From Candidatus Australimonas brisbanensis (lineage in GTDB: Bacteria; Chloroflexota; Dehalococcoidia; Lucifugimonadales; Australimonadaceae): 64,000 nucleotides of DNA. Below, one piece after another: positions 36,780-46,980 of this stretch. The notes under the pieces were generated by a model that saw nothing but the letters and a program-made list of their open reading frames with translations, had not been told where the DNA came from and searched no databases. The DNA lies in the NCBI GenBank assembly GCA_038147155.1, contig JAYQTA010000002.1:259595-323594 (forward strand). Direction: 5' to 3'. The position numbers and the translations under genes are program-made. Every line of letters starts with the position of its first letter. Position 1 is the first letter of the stretch.

Positions 36780-37610
36780 CTAATCCAGCGCCTGCCAGTA
36801 GCGCCGCCCCTCCTGCCGCACCAACCGTCCGAAACCGGGTGCGGGGAAGTGGCCCGCCGCGTACAGCGCCCCGCTGCGCTCGGCGGCCTCCAGCACGCGC
36901 TCGCGGCTCTCCTGGGCCTGGGCGGGGTCAACGTCGGCCCGCGAGCCCCAGCCGGTGCGGTGGGTCTGGGCGGGGATGTGGGTCAGGTCGCCCACGATGA
37001 CGGCGTGCTCCCCCTCCGAGACGATGCGTACGCACAGATGGCCCGCCGTGTGACCGGGGGAGGCCTCCACCCACACCTGGGGGGTGAGCGCGTCGCCCCC
37101 GTCCAGCAGGCCCAGGCGACCCAGGCGCTCCAACGGGGCCACCTGCTCCCGGAAGGGCTTGGGCTGCTCCGCCTCCGGCAGGCGCGCGCCCGTCTCGTAA
37201 TCCAGGCGCGGGGCCAGGTAGCGGGCGTTGGGGAAGGTGGGGACCGCGTCGGGGCCGGTGCCCGTCATGTTCCAGCCCACGTGGTCGGGGTGCACGTGCG
37301 TCGCCACCACCAGGTCTATCTCCTCCCGCAACCCCGCGCTGGCGCCCAGCGCCGCCGGCAGCAGGCCCGATTCGGCGCGCGGGCTGGTGCCGTGGGGGCC
37401 CAGGCCCGTGTCCACCAGGATGGTATGGCCCGCCGAGCGCACCACGAAGGAGCCGATGTTCAGGTCCACGGTACCCGCCGGGCCCAACGCGCCCGGCTCC
37501 AGCGCCCAGTCGGCGTCCGAGAGGGCAGGGAAGAACTCGTGCGGGTCGAAGTGGTAGATGCCGTCAGAGACGGCGCTGATGGTGACGTTGCCGACGCGAA
37601 CCGTATCCAT
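36780..37610 (-). CDS. MBL-fold metallo-hydrolase
   Basis: ATHVHPDHVGW motif. ATG 37610 lies 6 nt after AGGAGG. Confidence 0.85.
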   Translation of the reverse strand: MDTVRVGNVTISAVSDGIYHFDPHEFFPALSDADWALEPGALGPAGTVDLNIGSFVVRSAGHTILVDTGLGPHGTSPRAESGLLPAALGASAGLREEIDLVVATHVHPDHVGWNMTGTGPDAVPTFPNARYLAPRLDYETGARLPEAEQPKPFREQVAPLERLGRLGLLDGGDALTPQVWVEASPGHTAGHLCVRIVSEGEHAVIVGDLTHIPAQTHRTGWGSRADVDPAQAQESRERVLEAAERSGALYAAGHFPAPGFGRLVRQEGRRYWQALD

Positions 37611-37623
37611 GTGGGGCCTCCTG

Positions 37624-37992
37624 CTAGGGCTGCGGACTCGAAGCCCACTCCGGCAGGACGAACTTCCCGAAGGAGTCGCCCTCGATGGGGATGACATCGG
37701 TGACGGCCGCACGCTCGATGAACCCGTAGACGTGCGGGTAGTCCTGCCCGTGGGCCGGTTCCCACCGCAGGGGGCTGGCCAGACGCGCCGTGTCCACCAC
37801 CAGCAGCAGCAACAGCCGGTGGCCGGAGAAGTGGCGGCCCAATACCCCCGCCACCTGCGCCGGGGTGCATGCGTGATGGAACCCCTCGGCGGCGAAGTGG
37901 GCCGCCTGGTAGTGCGGCGTGTCGGCGCCGCGTGCCCAGTCGGCGGGCGTTGCCACGTGGATGATGGAGCCCGCAGGCAGCGTCGCGCCCAT
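37624..37992 (-). CDS. DUF952 family protein
   Basis: Starts MGATLPAGSIIHVATPADW.... GFHHACTPAQV, LLLLVVD, YPHVYG. TGATG overlap with the upstream gene. Confidence 0.75.
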   Translation of the reverse strand: MGATLPAGSIIHVATPADWARGADTPHYQAAHFAAEGFHHACTPAQVAGVLGRHFSGHRLLLLLVVDTARLASPLRWEPAHGQDYPHVYGFIERAAVTDVIPIEGDSFGKFVLPEWASSPQP

Positions 37993-38717
37993 CAGGCTTC
38001 CCTGAACCCGCCCACCAGCGCCCGGTCGAGGTGCTTCCAGTAGCAGTCCACCGAGGCGAATCCCGCCGCCTTGAGCCACTCCAGGTGGCACACCAAGGTT
38101 GCGTCGCGATGATGGTGCAGGGCGTCGTGGGCGCGCTGGGCGGGCGTGCGCTCCTCACCCGCAGGCCGGGCGCGGCGCGGACGGGCGGCCCGGAAGCGCT
38201 CGTGGAGGAAGTCCGTCTCCGTCGAGGCGGTGTCCAGGTTGAAGAATGCCCCGCCCGCTCGCAGGTTCCGGCAGATGTCCGCATAGAGCGCCGCCATGCC
38301 CTCGGCGGGCAGGTGGTGGATCGCCCGCGCCGAGACCACCAGGTCGTAGGGCCCCGCGGCGACGGCCTGGGGTGGCAGGGCCCCCGCCGAGAAGTCGCCC
38401 ACCATGTAGGTGAAGCGAGGGCCGAAGCGGGCCATGCGCTCTCGCCCCACAGCCATCATCGCCTCGGAGATATCCAGGCCGATGGCCGTGGCGTTGGGGA
38501 AGGCGTCTAGGCACACCGCGGCCACGGGCCCGTAGCCAGAGCCCACGTCCAGGATGCGCAGCGGCGCGGACGGGTCCGCCGTGGCCAGGCGCGTCATGAG
38601 CTGGAAGATGGGCAGCCGGTCGGCGTCCTCGTAGGCGTCCATGCGGGCGATGTAGTCGGCAACGTGCGCCTCTCCCACCCACTCGCCGCCGAAGCGCGGC
38701 TGCTCACCCATGCTCAT
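37992..38717 (-). CDS. Class I SAM-dependent methyltransferase
   Basis: ILDVGSGYG motif I. ATG 38717 lies 4 nt after AGGAGA. Confidence 0.8.
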   Translation of the reverse strand: MSMGEQPRFGGEWVGEAHVADYIARMDAYEDADRLPIFQLMTRLATADPSAPLRILDVGSGYGPVAAVCLDAFPNATAIGLDISEAMMAVGRERMARFGPRFTYMVGDFSAGALPPQAVAAGPYDLVVSARAIHHLPAEGMAALYADICRNLRAGGAFFNLDTASTETDFLHERFRAARPRRARPAGEERTPAQRAHDALHHHRDATLVCHLEWLKAAGFASVDCYWKHLDRALVGGFREA

Positions 38718-38725
38718 GCGTTCTC

Positions 38726-39883
38726 CTAAGAGAGCGAAACCTTGAACTGCTTGCGCTTGGGGAAGTAGCGACGCATGTTCGGCGTGGCCCCGTGCTTGAG
38801 GCACTCCTCCTCGAACATGTCGAGCACCAGGGGGTTCTCGTCGTCGTACTCCACCTGCATGCCGCCTTCCTTGATGGACACGTCGGCGCCGCCGCTGCCG
38901 GCGAAGGGCGCGATGACGCCCGGCATGCCGCCACCCGCCCCATACCCCAGCGCCAGGTAGCGCGCGCGGCGCGAGCCGGTGTTGAAATGCTGGTGGTAGC
39001 ACGCATCGCTCGGCACGATGACCATGGAGCCGACCTTCCAGTCGGCCTTGCGCATGTCGGACATATCGTCCTTGGTCCACGTCAGCGAGTAGCCGGCATC
39101 CCCGGACAGGATCAGCAGGTGCGCGCCCGGCCCGTGGCGGTGGCCCTTCTTGTAGGTGCCCACGGGGAATTCGGACACGTGGCCCTTCATGGCGTTGCCC
39201 GCCATCTCGAACATCACGTTGATGCCCCCCGCGCCGCGCCCCTCCCAGGAGTAGAGGGGCATGTCCGGCACGTTGGGCAGGAAGGCCGAGTCCCACACCC
39301 GCCCGGAGTAGAGCTTGCCCTGGCCGGAGAAGAAGTCGGCCTCGGCGCCGTAGCGCTTGGTGAAGGCGAAGTCGTTCTCGAAGACGAAGCGCTCGTCGTT
39401 GAACAGGCGCATCATCGGCGGGGCGGTGGTAACGGACAGGTAGCGCGCGGGCTCCGAGCCCGAGGCGTTGAACAGCTGGTAGGAGGCGTTCAGGGGAATG
39501 GCGAACATCGAGCCCTTCTTCCACTCGAAGTTCTGCTTGGGCCCATCACCCACCCAGATGGAGGTGGCCCCGCGCCCGGAGACGATGTAGACGATCTCCT
39601 CGTACAGGTGCTTCTCGGGCTCCGACTTGCCGCCCGGCGCTATCTCCACCAGGTGAGAGTCGTTGATGAGCATGGGGTAGGGGATGTTGATGACGGCGCC
39701 CTGGCCGCCCTTGCGCTCCCACGGGCCCAGCTCGACGGTGGCCAGGTCCTCGAAGGCGTACTCGTCGATGATCTTCACCCCCTCACGGGCGAGCCACGCC
39801 CGGTAGGGGTCGGTCAGGTTCAGCTCCTCCAGGGCCTCGGTGGGCTCCTTGGCTCGGACGATGTCAGCGTCGTTGGTGGTCAT
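38726..39883 (-). CDS. Bicupin protein (gentisate/hydroxynaphthoate dioxygenase-like)
   Basis: Two cupin barrels. The His cluster GTYKKGHRHGPGAH is in the C-terminal barrel. Paralog of 49075..50235. Confidence 0.8.
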   Translation of the reverse strand: MTTNDADIVRAKEPTEALEELNLTDPYRAWLAREGVKIIDEYAFEDLATVELGPWERKGGQGAVINIPYPMLINDSHLVEIAPGGKSEPEKHLYEEIVYIVSGRGATSIWVGDGPKQNFEWKKGSMFAIPLNASYQLFNASGSEPARYLSVTTAPPMMRLFNDERFVFENDFAFTKRYGAEADFFSGQGKLYSGRVWDSAFLPNVPDMPLYSWEGRGAGGINVMFEMAGNAMKGHVSEFPVGTYKKGHRHGPGAHLLILSGDAGYSLTWTKDDMSDMRKADWKVGSMVIVPSDACYHQHFNTGSRRARYLALGYGAGGGMPGVIAPFAGSGGADVSIKEGGMQVEYDDENPLVLDMFEEECLKHGATPNMRRYFPKRKQFKVSLS

Positions 39884-39910
39884 GGGTCCGTGGCTCCGTG
39901 GGGTGTGGGT

Positions 39911-40825
39911 TTACTTCTTGGTGGCGGCGGCACGCAGGGCGTCGTTCTCCGAGACCGAGGCCCCGTCCATGTCGTACCAGGCCTCAGGCTTGCCCAGGCC
40001 GTGCTCGATGTTCCAGGTCACGGTGTCGAAGCACTTGCCGGTGACGCCGGTGCTCACGTCCTGCTCGGCCAGGAACAGCGAGAGGGGGACGATGTGCTCC
40101 GGGCGCAGGGGCGGGGGGGCGTTGCGGTTCGCCAGGCCCATTTCGCGCCGGGCGATGTTCTGCTCGTCGAAGCCGGTGGTGCGGGTGTGCGCCGGCACCA
40201 GCACGTTCACCGCCACGTTCTCGTTCGCGATCTCGTCAGCCAGGTAGAACATCAGCGTCAGCAGCGCGGCCTTGGTGGACTGGTAGGGCATCTCCCGCGA
40301 GTTGGGGCGCAGCCCCATGTACGCGCCGCCCATGGAGTGGTGCAGGGCGCCGGAGGAGATGATGGACATCACGCTGCCCTTCTTCTGCGCCAGCATGGGC
40401 TTGATGAACCGGCGCGTCACCTTGAGTGCACCGAACACGTTCACCTCGAAGGAGCGGCGCCAGTCCTCATCGCTGGTCTCCAGCGTGGTGATGCGCCCCG
40501 TGGGCGGGAAGAGGATGCGCTGGCGCATGGCCGCATCGTTCATCAGCACATCGCAGGTGCCCCACTTGGCGATGGTCGCCTCGTAGGCCGCGTCGAGCTG
40601 CGCGTCGTTGGTGACGTCGGCATCCAGCACCAGCACGTCGTCCGGACGTGAACGCAGTTCCTTCAGGAACGCATCGTCCCGGTCGGAGGAGAAGCCCGAG
40701 GGCTCCCACGACAGGTCCATCGCGGCCACCTTGGCCCCCTGGGCCAGGAACGCCTGGGTGAACGCCCGACCCATGCCGCGCGCCGCGCCCGTGATGGCAA
40801 CCACCTTGCCTTCGAGCTTCGACAT
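39911..40825 (-). CDS. SDR family oxidoreductase
   Basis: TGAARGMG, NDAA, YQSTK. Confidence 0.85.
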   Translation of the reverse strand: MSKLEGKVVAITGAARGMGRAFTQAFLAQGAKVAAMDLSWEPSGFSSDRDDAFLKELRSRPDDVLVLDADVTNDAQLDAAYEATIAKWGTCDVLMNDAAMRQRILFPPTGRITTLETSDEDWRRSFEVNVFGALKVTRRFIKPMLAQKKGSVMSIISSGALHHSMGGAYMGLRPNSREMPYQSTKAALLTLMFYLADEIANENVAVNVLVPAHTRTTGFDEQNIARREMGLANRNAPPPLRPEHIVPLSLFLAEQDVSTGVTGKCFDTVTWNIEHGLGKPEAWYDMDGASVSENDALRAAATKK

Positions 40826-40917
40826 CTCGCTCTCCTCCTCCGGGCCGAGCCCGGTCAGTGATGTTCTTCGCCGGAATGCCGCCCATTATGGACATCGCCG
40901 CCCGCAGCGCAACCGTT

Positions 40918-40965
40918 GAGAACGGGAAGGGCTGCACCCCCTGGGTGCAGCCCCTTCCCGTTCTT
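40918..40965 (-). terminator. About 20-bp GC hairpin (one bulged C) just downstream of the Rieske pseudogene; no U tract
   Basis: AACGGGAAGGGCTGCACCC-cct-GGGTGCAGCCCCTTCCCGTT. Confidence 0.35.
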
Positions 40966-40974
40966 CACCCGCTG

Positions 40975-42240
40975 CTAGGCGAAGTTCGCATTCACCTTTC
41001 GAGCAAGGTCAGCCTCCACCTGCGGCTTGGTGGACCGCTTGTCTTTGAACGGGCCTCCCGTGACGTCGTAGCCAGGGTAGTAGGAGTGCTCCTGCGGCAG
41101 GGCAATGGGGCCGTTGTCCTGCCGGTGGACGTTGATGGGGTCGCCCCCGTCGGCCACAGTGCGCAACTGCTCCTCGATGACCTTTCGATAGAAGAGGATG
41201 CCCACGTCGGTGACGCCCAGGTGCTCGCTGGTGCGGTCGGTCACGGCGCCCTGGGCAATCCATGCCGTCTGGTCCTGACCCAGTACCCAGTCGGCGCGCA
41301 GGCGTCCGTTGGGCTTGTACACCGCCTCATGCACCACCGGCACCTCAGCCTGCGGTGGGATCACCTCACCCGGGTCGGGCACCCGAACACGCAGCACCAG
41401 GTGCAGGGTGTGCGTGTCGTCCATGGGCACGCGCATCTGGAAGGAGTGCTGGCGGTTCTGGCCCACCCGCAGGATGTTGGGGAAGAGCACCGGGTGGCCG
41501 ATGCGCCACCACTCGTTCTCCTCCGTGTCCCCCTCCATCAGGCGGCGCTTGATGACCCCGTACTCGAACTGGTCGAATCCCACGCGCACCTCGTGCCGCC
41601 CGCGGGCGCCCGCGCCCTGCATGCGCTGCTTCCACGCCTCGCGCTCCTCCGGCGGCTTCTCCTTCAGCAGCACGTAGGAGCCGAAGTAATTGTGGAGCCA
41701 CTCGAAGTGGACGGGGTCCAGGGAGTTATCCATGCACTGGAGCCAGTTGCAGTCCAACTCCATGCGGATGAGGAACCGCTCCACGCCCTCCCAGGTGAGC
41801 AGGTCCCACTTGGGGAGCACCGGGGTGGGCGCGGGGCCCAGGTACGCCCAGATCACCCCGCCCAGCTCCTGGACGGGGTAGGCCAGCATCTTCACCTTGT
41901 CCTTGAAGCGGGAACCCTCAGGCTCCGACGGCTGGTCCACGCACTCGCCCTTCTCGTTGAAGAGCCAGCCGTGGTAGCAGCAGCGCAACCCGTCCTTCTC
42001 CGGGATGCCGTAGGCCATGGAGGCCTTGCGGTGGGGACAGCCGGGCTCGATGAGCCCCACCATGCCGGAGGCGTCGCGGTAGAGGATCAGGTCCTCCCCA
42101 GCAGGCGCACCTCCTGGTGGGCTCCTCGTCGTTGACCCCGGCACTGCCTGCGATGGGGTGCCAGTAACGGCGCAGCAGCTCCCCCATGGGGTGCCCTTGC
42201 CGGTCTGCGTCAACCGCTTGTTCTGCTCGGCGGAGATCGT
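40975..42240 (-). pseudogene. Rieske oxygenase paralog with a lost start codon and three 1-nt frame breaks
   Basis: AAGGAG-caggac-ACG ATC TCC... reads (T)ISAEQNKRLTQTGKGTP, where the paralog has MLTSEQNRRLTQVGPGTP. MGELLRRYWHPIAGSAGVNDEEPTRR then lies in a second frame (ORF 41918..42187) and VRLLG in the third. The sequence returns to the first frame for EDLILYRDASG...CPHR...CYHGW. Confidence 0.75.
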
Positions 42241-42363
42241 GTCCTGCTCCTTTCGCCGTCCGGGGGTGCGTCGTGTCGAGAAGGCGAGGCCGTGATACAC
42301 CCTCCAGGCGTGCGGCGCAAGCACGCCTGGCATGCTACCATCGGGGCATCCCCCTCCGAGGCG

Positions 42364-43137
42364 ATGGCCGTGACCACCTGGAACCCCAACGTCTACCTGC
42401 GCTTCGCCGGGCAGCGGCTGCGCCCCGCCCTGGATCTGCTGGCCCAGGTGCCGCTGGAAGCGCCCCGCACCGTCTACGACCTGGGCTGTGGGCCGGGCAC
42501 GGCCACGGTGTTCCTGAAGCGTCGCTGGCCGGAGGCGCGCGTCGTTGGCGTCGACGGTTCTGCTCCCATGCTGGAGCGCGCTCGCCAGGAGCACGAGGAC
42601 ATCACCTGGGAGCAGGGTGACCTGCGCACCTGGACGCCACCGGAGCCGGCTGACCTGCTCTTCTCCAACGCCGCGCTGCACTGGCTGGACGAGCACGAGA
42701 GCCTCTTTCCCCGGCTGGTGGAGATGCTGGCGCCCGGCGGCGTGCTGGCGGTGCAGATGCCGCGCAATTTCGGCGAGCCCACCCACACCACCATCTTTGA
42801 GACCATGAGGGCCCACCCCTGGCGCTCGCGGCTGGAGTGCCTACTCAACGAGACGCCCACCCAGCCCCCAGCCTTCTACTACGGCGTGCTGCGCCCGCTG
42901 GTGAGTTCGCTGGACATGTGGGAAACGGTCTACCTGCAGGTGATGGAGGGCGAGAACCCGGTGGTGGAGTTCACCAAGGGCAGCTTCCTGCGCCCCATCC
43001 TGGACACGCTGAACGAGGCCGAGGCCGCCGAGTTCCTGCGCGAGTACGCCGACCGGGTGCGCCCACACTACCCCCGCAGGGACGATGGGATGACCCTGGT
43101 GCCCTTCCGGCGTTCGTTCCTCATCGCTACGAAGTAG
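42364..43137 (+). CDS. tam: Trans-aconitate 2-methyltransferase-like SAM-dependent methyltransferase
   Basis: WNPNVYLRFAGQRLRPALDLL...VYDLGCGPG...LLFSNAALHWL. Confidence 0.8.
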   Translation: MAVTTWNPNVYLRFAGQRLRPALDLLAQVPLEAPRTVYDLGCGPGTATVFLKRRWPEARVVGVDGSAPMLERARQEHEDITWEQGDLRTWTPPEPADLLFSNAALHWLDEHESLFPRLVEMLAPGGVLAVQMPRNFGEPTHTTIFETMRAHPWRSRLECLLNETPTQPPAFYYGVLRPLVSSLDMWETVYLQVMEGENPVVEFTKGSFLRPILDTLNEAEAAEFLREYADRVRPHYPRRDDGMTLVPFRRSFLIATK

Positions 43138-43881
43138 ATGGACCTCTCCCCCTTGCAGATGGCGCTGGCCGCGGGCGTGCTCCTGGTGGCGGGCCTGATC
43201 CGGGGCCTCACCGGGTTCGGCCTAGCCCTGGTGGCGGTGCCGTTCCTATCCATGCTCATCTCGCCCAAGATCGTGGTGCCGGTCATCATCCTTCAGACCG
43301 TGGCCACCAACATCCCTTTGGTCTACCGGGCGCGGGCCCACGTGCAGCCCCGGCGCATCTGGCCACTGGTGGCGGGGGCAGTGGTGGGCCTGCCCTTCGG
43401 TTCGGCGCTGCTGATCTGGGCCTCGGCAGACACGCTGCGGTTGCTGATCGGCTCCGTGGTGACGGTGTTCGCTCTGGCGCTGATGGCCGGGCTGCGGGTG
43501 AGGGTGCGCAACGAGCGGCTGGCCTTCCTGCCTGTGGGGTTCGCCAGCGGGGTGCTGAACGGGTCGTCGTCGCTGGCGGGCCCGCCGGTGATCCTCTTCT
43601 TCGCCAATCAGGACGTGCCGCCCCGTATCTTCCGGGCGAACATCATCGCCTACTTCTTCCTCACCAACCTGTTCGCCGTTGCCCTGTTCTGGGCAAGCGG
43701 GCTGTTCACCCGTCCCGTGGTGCTCACCGCGCTCGCCCTGTTCCCCGCGCTGGCCGTGGGCACGGCGGCGGGTGACCTGCTCTCCCACCGCATCAACCCG
43801 GCTGCGTTCCGGGCCATCACGCTGGGTGTGGTTCTGGCGGCGGGTCTGGCTGCCGTGGCCTCGGGTGCGGGGCTACTGTGA
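43138..43881 (+). CDS. TauE/SafE (TSUP) family sulfite/anion exporter
   Basis: 247 aa, about 8 TM. GLIRGLTGFGLALVAVP. Confidence 0.85.
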   Translation: MDLSPLQMALAAGVLLVAGLIRGLTGFGLALVAVPFLSMLISPKIVVPVIILQTVATNIPLVYRARAHVQPRRIWPLVAGAVVGLPFGSALLIWASADTLRLLIGSVVTVFALALMAGLRVRVRNERLAFLPVGFASGVLNGSSSLAGPPVILFFANQDVPPRIFRANIIAYFFLTNLFAVALFWASGLFTRPVVLTALALFPALAVGTAAGDLLSHRINPAAFRAITLGVVLAAGLAAVASGAGLL

Positions 43882-43899
43882 GCCCCGCGACGCGTCCGG

Positions 43900-43905
43900 T
43901 AGGCT
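43900..43905 (+). promoter_or_regulatory. -10 box TAGGCT placed 6 nt from GTG 43912 (leaderless geometry)
   Basis: ccggTAGGCTaggggaGTGagc. This is the same TAGGCTAGGG decamer as at 32221 and 7996. Confidence 0.4.
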
Positions 43906-43911
43906 AGGGGA

Positions 43912-44967
43912 GTGAGCGCACCCCTCGTGCTAGCCATTGACCCCGCCGCGCCGGACCGGGCGACCATCGACCGCGCCGCCGAGGCGCTGCGGGCCGGGCT
44001 GCTGGTGGCCTTCCCCACGGAGACCGTGTACGGGCTGGGAGCGAACGCCCTGGACCCGGTCGCTGCGGGGCGTATCTTCGCCGCCAAGGGCCGCCCGGCC
44101 GACAACCCTCTCATCGTCCACGTTCCTTCCCTCGCCGCCGCGGAGGCGCTGGTGGGGTTGCTCGCCCCGGTGGCGCGCACGCTGGCCTCCCGGTTCTGGC
44201 CGGGGCCGCTCTCCCTGGTGGTGCGCCACCGGGGCGATATCCCCGCCATCGTCACCGGTGGCCTGCCCACGGTGGCGCTGCGGGTGCCCAACCACACCGT
44301 GGCCCGTGCGCTGCTGGAGGCGGCGGGGGTACCCGTGGCCGCCCCGTCGGCCAACCGTTCCGGCGCGCCCAGCCCCACCACGGCCCAGCACGTGCTTGCC
44401 GACCTGGGGGAGCACGTCGCCGTAGTGCTGGACGGGGGGGCGTGCGGTGTGGGGGTGGAGTCCACCGTACTCGACGCGACCGGCCCCGCGCCGGTACTCT
44501 TACGGCCCGGTGGCCTCGGCATCGAGCAGCTGGAGGCGGTGACGGGCGGCATCGTGCTACCCGGCCCGGACGCGGAGGGCGAGGCGCTGCGCGCCCGTTC
44601 GCCCGGCACCCGCTACCGCCACTACGCGCCCCGCGCGCGGGTGGTGCTGGCAGAGCCGGTGGACGTGGGCCCGGTGGCCCGGCAGTGGACAGGGCGAGGC
44701 GAGCGCGTGGGCACCCTCTCCCCCGGCCCGGTGAGCCCGCTGGGCACCGGTGCTCCTCATCAGGACGCCGGGGACGGTGCGGAGGGCTACGCCCGGGTGG
44801 TGTACGCGGGGCTGCGCGCGCTGGACGCAGTGGGCTGCACACTCATCGTGGCGGCCACGGTGCCGGAAGCGGGCCTGGGACGGGCGGTGATGGACCGGCT
44901 GCGACGGGCGGCCTCGGCGGGCGAGACGGACACGAGCGCTGGGATGGACCAAGGAGAGAGCCGATGA
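43912..44967 (+). CDS. tsaC: L-threonylcarbamoyladenylate synthase (Sua5/YwlC long form)
   Basis: [26 protein letters not shown], plus a C-terminal Sua5 domain. Confidence 0.9.
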   Translation: MSAPLVLAIDPAAPDRATIDRAAEALRAGLLVAFPTETVYGLGANALDPVAAGRIFAAKGRPADNPLIVHVPSLAAAEALVGLLAPVARTLASRFWPGPLSLVVRHRGDIPAIVTGGLPTVALRVPNHTVARALLEAAGVPVAAPSANRSGAPSPTTAQHVLADLGEHVAVVLDGGACGVGVESTVLDATGPAPVLLRPGGLGIEQLEAVTGGIVLPGPDAEGEALRARSPGTRYRHYAPRARVVLAEPVDVGPVARQWTGRGERVGTLSPGPVSPLGTGAPHQDAGDGAEGYARVVYAGLRALDAVGCTLIVAATVPEAGLGRAVMDRLRRAASAGETDTSAGMDQGESR

Positions 44968-45476
44968 GCGCGAAGAACACGCCCCCCCAGGTGGCCGTCA
45001 TCATGGGCAGCCGCTCGGACATGGAGACGATGCAGGCCGCCGTGGACGTGCTGATGGAGATGGGCGTGCCCCACGAGGTCGCCATCGTCTCCGCCCACCG
45101 CACGCCGGACTGGCTCTTCGAGTTCGCGTCATCTGCCAGGGAGCGCGGGGTGAAGGTCATCATCGCGGGCGCGGGCGGCGCTGCCCACCTGCCGGGCATG
45201 ACCGCGGCCAAGACGGTGCTGCCGGTGATCGGCGTGCCCGTGCAGTCGGCGGCCCTCTCCGGCATGGACTCACTGCTGTCCATCGTGCAGATGCCCCGCG
45301 GCATCCCCGTGGGCACCGTAGCCATCGGCAAGGCGGGGGCGGCCAACGCGGGTCTGCTGGCCTGCGCCATCCTGGGCCTGGGTGACCCGGCGCTCCAGGA
45401 GCGGCTCTCAGCCTTCAGGCAGGCCCAGACCGACGCCGTGCTGGGCGAGCAGGTGACCCGGTGGCCTCAGGCGTGA
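44964..45476 (+). CDS. purE: 5-(carboxyamino)imidazole ribonucleotide mutase
   Basis: [35 protein letters not shown] overlap with tsaC. AAGGAGAGAG SD. Confidence 0.95.
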   Translation: MSAKNTPPQVAVIMGSRSDMETMQAAVDVLMEMGVPHEVAIVSAHRTPDWLFEFASSARERGVKVIIAGAGGAAHLPGMTAAKTVLPVIGVPVQSAALSGMDSLLSIVQMPRGIPVGTVAIGKAGAANAGLLACAILGLGDPALQERLSAFRQAQTDAVLGEQVTRWPQA

Positions 45477-46621
45477 GCTGGCCCCTGCCAACGGGCTCCT
45501 GGCTGGGCGTGGTGGGCGGCGGCCAGCTGGGCCGCATGTTCGCCGTGGAGGCACAGCGGATGGGCTACCGCGTGGGGGTCCTGGACCCGGACCCCACCTG
45601 TCCGGCGGGGCAGGTGGCCGACCGGCACGTCGCGGAGCCCTACGCCGACCCCGAGGCCCAGTGTGCGTTCGCCCAGGGCCTCTCGGCGCTCACTCTGGAG
45701 TTCGAGCACGTGGACCCGGCGGCCATCACCGGCACCGACGCCCACTGCCCCATGACGCCCAGCCCCGCCGTTGCGCTGATGAAGCGCGACCGGCTGACCG
45801 AGAAGCAGACGCTCTCCGCCCACGGCTTCCCCCTGGCCGACTTCGCGCCTGCGGGCGATGTGGCGAAGCTGCACGCTGCCGTGGCCACCATCGGCCTGCC
45901 CGCGGTGCTCAAGTCCACCACCGAGGGGTACGACGGCAAGGGCCAGCGGGTGCTGCGTACGCCGCAGGATGCCGCCGACGCCGAGGCGCTGGTAGCGGGC
46001 GAGGGCTCCCTGCGCTACGTGTTGGAACGGTTCGTTCCCTTCACCAAGGAGCTGTCGGTGATCTGCGCGCGCGGACGCGACGGTCAGACCCGCTGCTTCC
46101 CGCTGGTGGAGAACGTCCACGTGAACGGCATCCTGGACACCACCCTGGCCCCCGCGCCCGTGCCTGCTGCCGTGGCAGAGGCGGCCGCAGCGCTGGCCAC
46201 GGCGCTGGCCGAGCGGCTGGACGTGGTCGGGCTGGTGGCGGCCGAGCTGTTCCTGCTGCCCGATGGTGGCCTGCTCATCAACGAACTGGCGTTCCGCCCG
46301 CACAACTCCGGTCACTACACCATCGAGGGGTGCGCCACCTCCCAGTTCGAGCAGCTCGTGCGGGTGCTGGCGGGGCTGCCCCTGGGCTCCACCGAACTGG
46401 TGCGCGCCACGGCCATGGCCAACCTGCTGGGCGACCTGTGGCCCGCGGGCGGGGAGCCGGACTTCGCCCAGGCGCTCACGGTGGAGGGGGTGCGCCTGCA
46501 CCTGTACGGCAAGGCCGAGGCCCGGCCCGGCCGCAAGATGGGCCACCTCACCGCCACCGCTCCCACGCCCGAGCAGGCGTTGGAGCGAGTGCTGCAGGCG
46601 CGCCGGCGGCTCACCCCCTAG
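45461..46621 (+). CDS. purK: 5-(carboxyamino)imidazole ribonucleotide synthase
   Basis: [15 protein letters not shown]-grasp motifs, AFRPHNSGH. An alternative GTG at 45473 overlaps the purE stop (GTGA). Confidence 0.9.
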   Translation: MASGVSWPLPTGSWLGVVGGGQLGRMFAVEAQRMGYRVGVLDPDPTCPAGQVADRHVAEPYADPEAQCAFAQGLSALTLEFEHVDPAAITGTDAHCPMTPSPAVALMKRDRLTEKQTLSAHGFPLADFAPAGDVAKLHAAVATIGLPAVLKSTTEGYDGKGQRVLRTPQDAADAEALVAGEGSLRYVLERFVPFTKELSVICARGRDGQTRCFPLVENVHVNGILDTTLAPAPVPAAVAEAAAALATALAERLDVVGLVAAELFLLPDGGLLINELAFRPHNSGHYTIEGCATSQFEQLVRVLAGLPLGSTELVRATAMANLLGDLWPAGGEPDFAQALTVEGVRLHLYGKAEARPGRKMGHLTATAPTPEQALERVLQARRRLTP

Positions 46622-46938
46622 GCCTTCACGCCGCCTGCACAACGGCTGCACGCGCCCCGCACATCGGCCTGCACCCACATCACCGGCCCATCACGCACGG
46701 GGGCTACGGTAAGGGTGGATCGGAAGGGTAGGGGGTGAGCCCCCTCTACCAGGGGATCCAGACCAGAGAGCGCGGTGAGGAGGTGCCGATGTGTAATGTA
46801 CGAGGGCAGACCACAAGCCTCCAGGGCCCCGCGAACACGACCCAGGCGCAGTGAAGAACCTCGTCGGTGAGGGCGCGCCATCCGGCTCTCAAGCCGGGAG
46901 CGGCAACGGGGCCCTGGGGCATGACAGAGCATCAGCGA

Positions 46939-46980
46939 AGAGCCCGGACGAGTCATCGTCCGGGCTCTTTTTCGTCTTTT
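46939..46980 (+). terminator. Rho-independent terminator, plus strand
   Basis: AGAGCCCGGACG-agtcat-CGTCCGGGCTCT (12-bp perfect stem) followed by TTTTcgtcTTTT. Lies 318 nt after the purK stop. Confidence 0.8.

Noticed and set aside
46861-46925. Possible tRNA-Sec (selC) in the large intergenic region. GGTGAGGGCG resembles the E. coli selC D-arm, and CCGGC-TCTCAA-GCCGG contains TCA.
   Set aside because: The would-be anticodon loop is 6 nt (or 8), not 7. I could build no 8-bp acceptor stem, T arm (GTTCGA) or CCA-proximal pairing.
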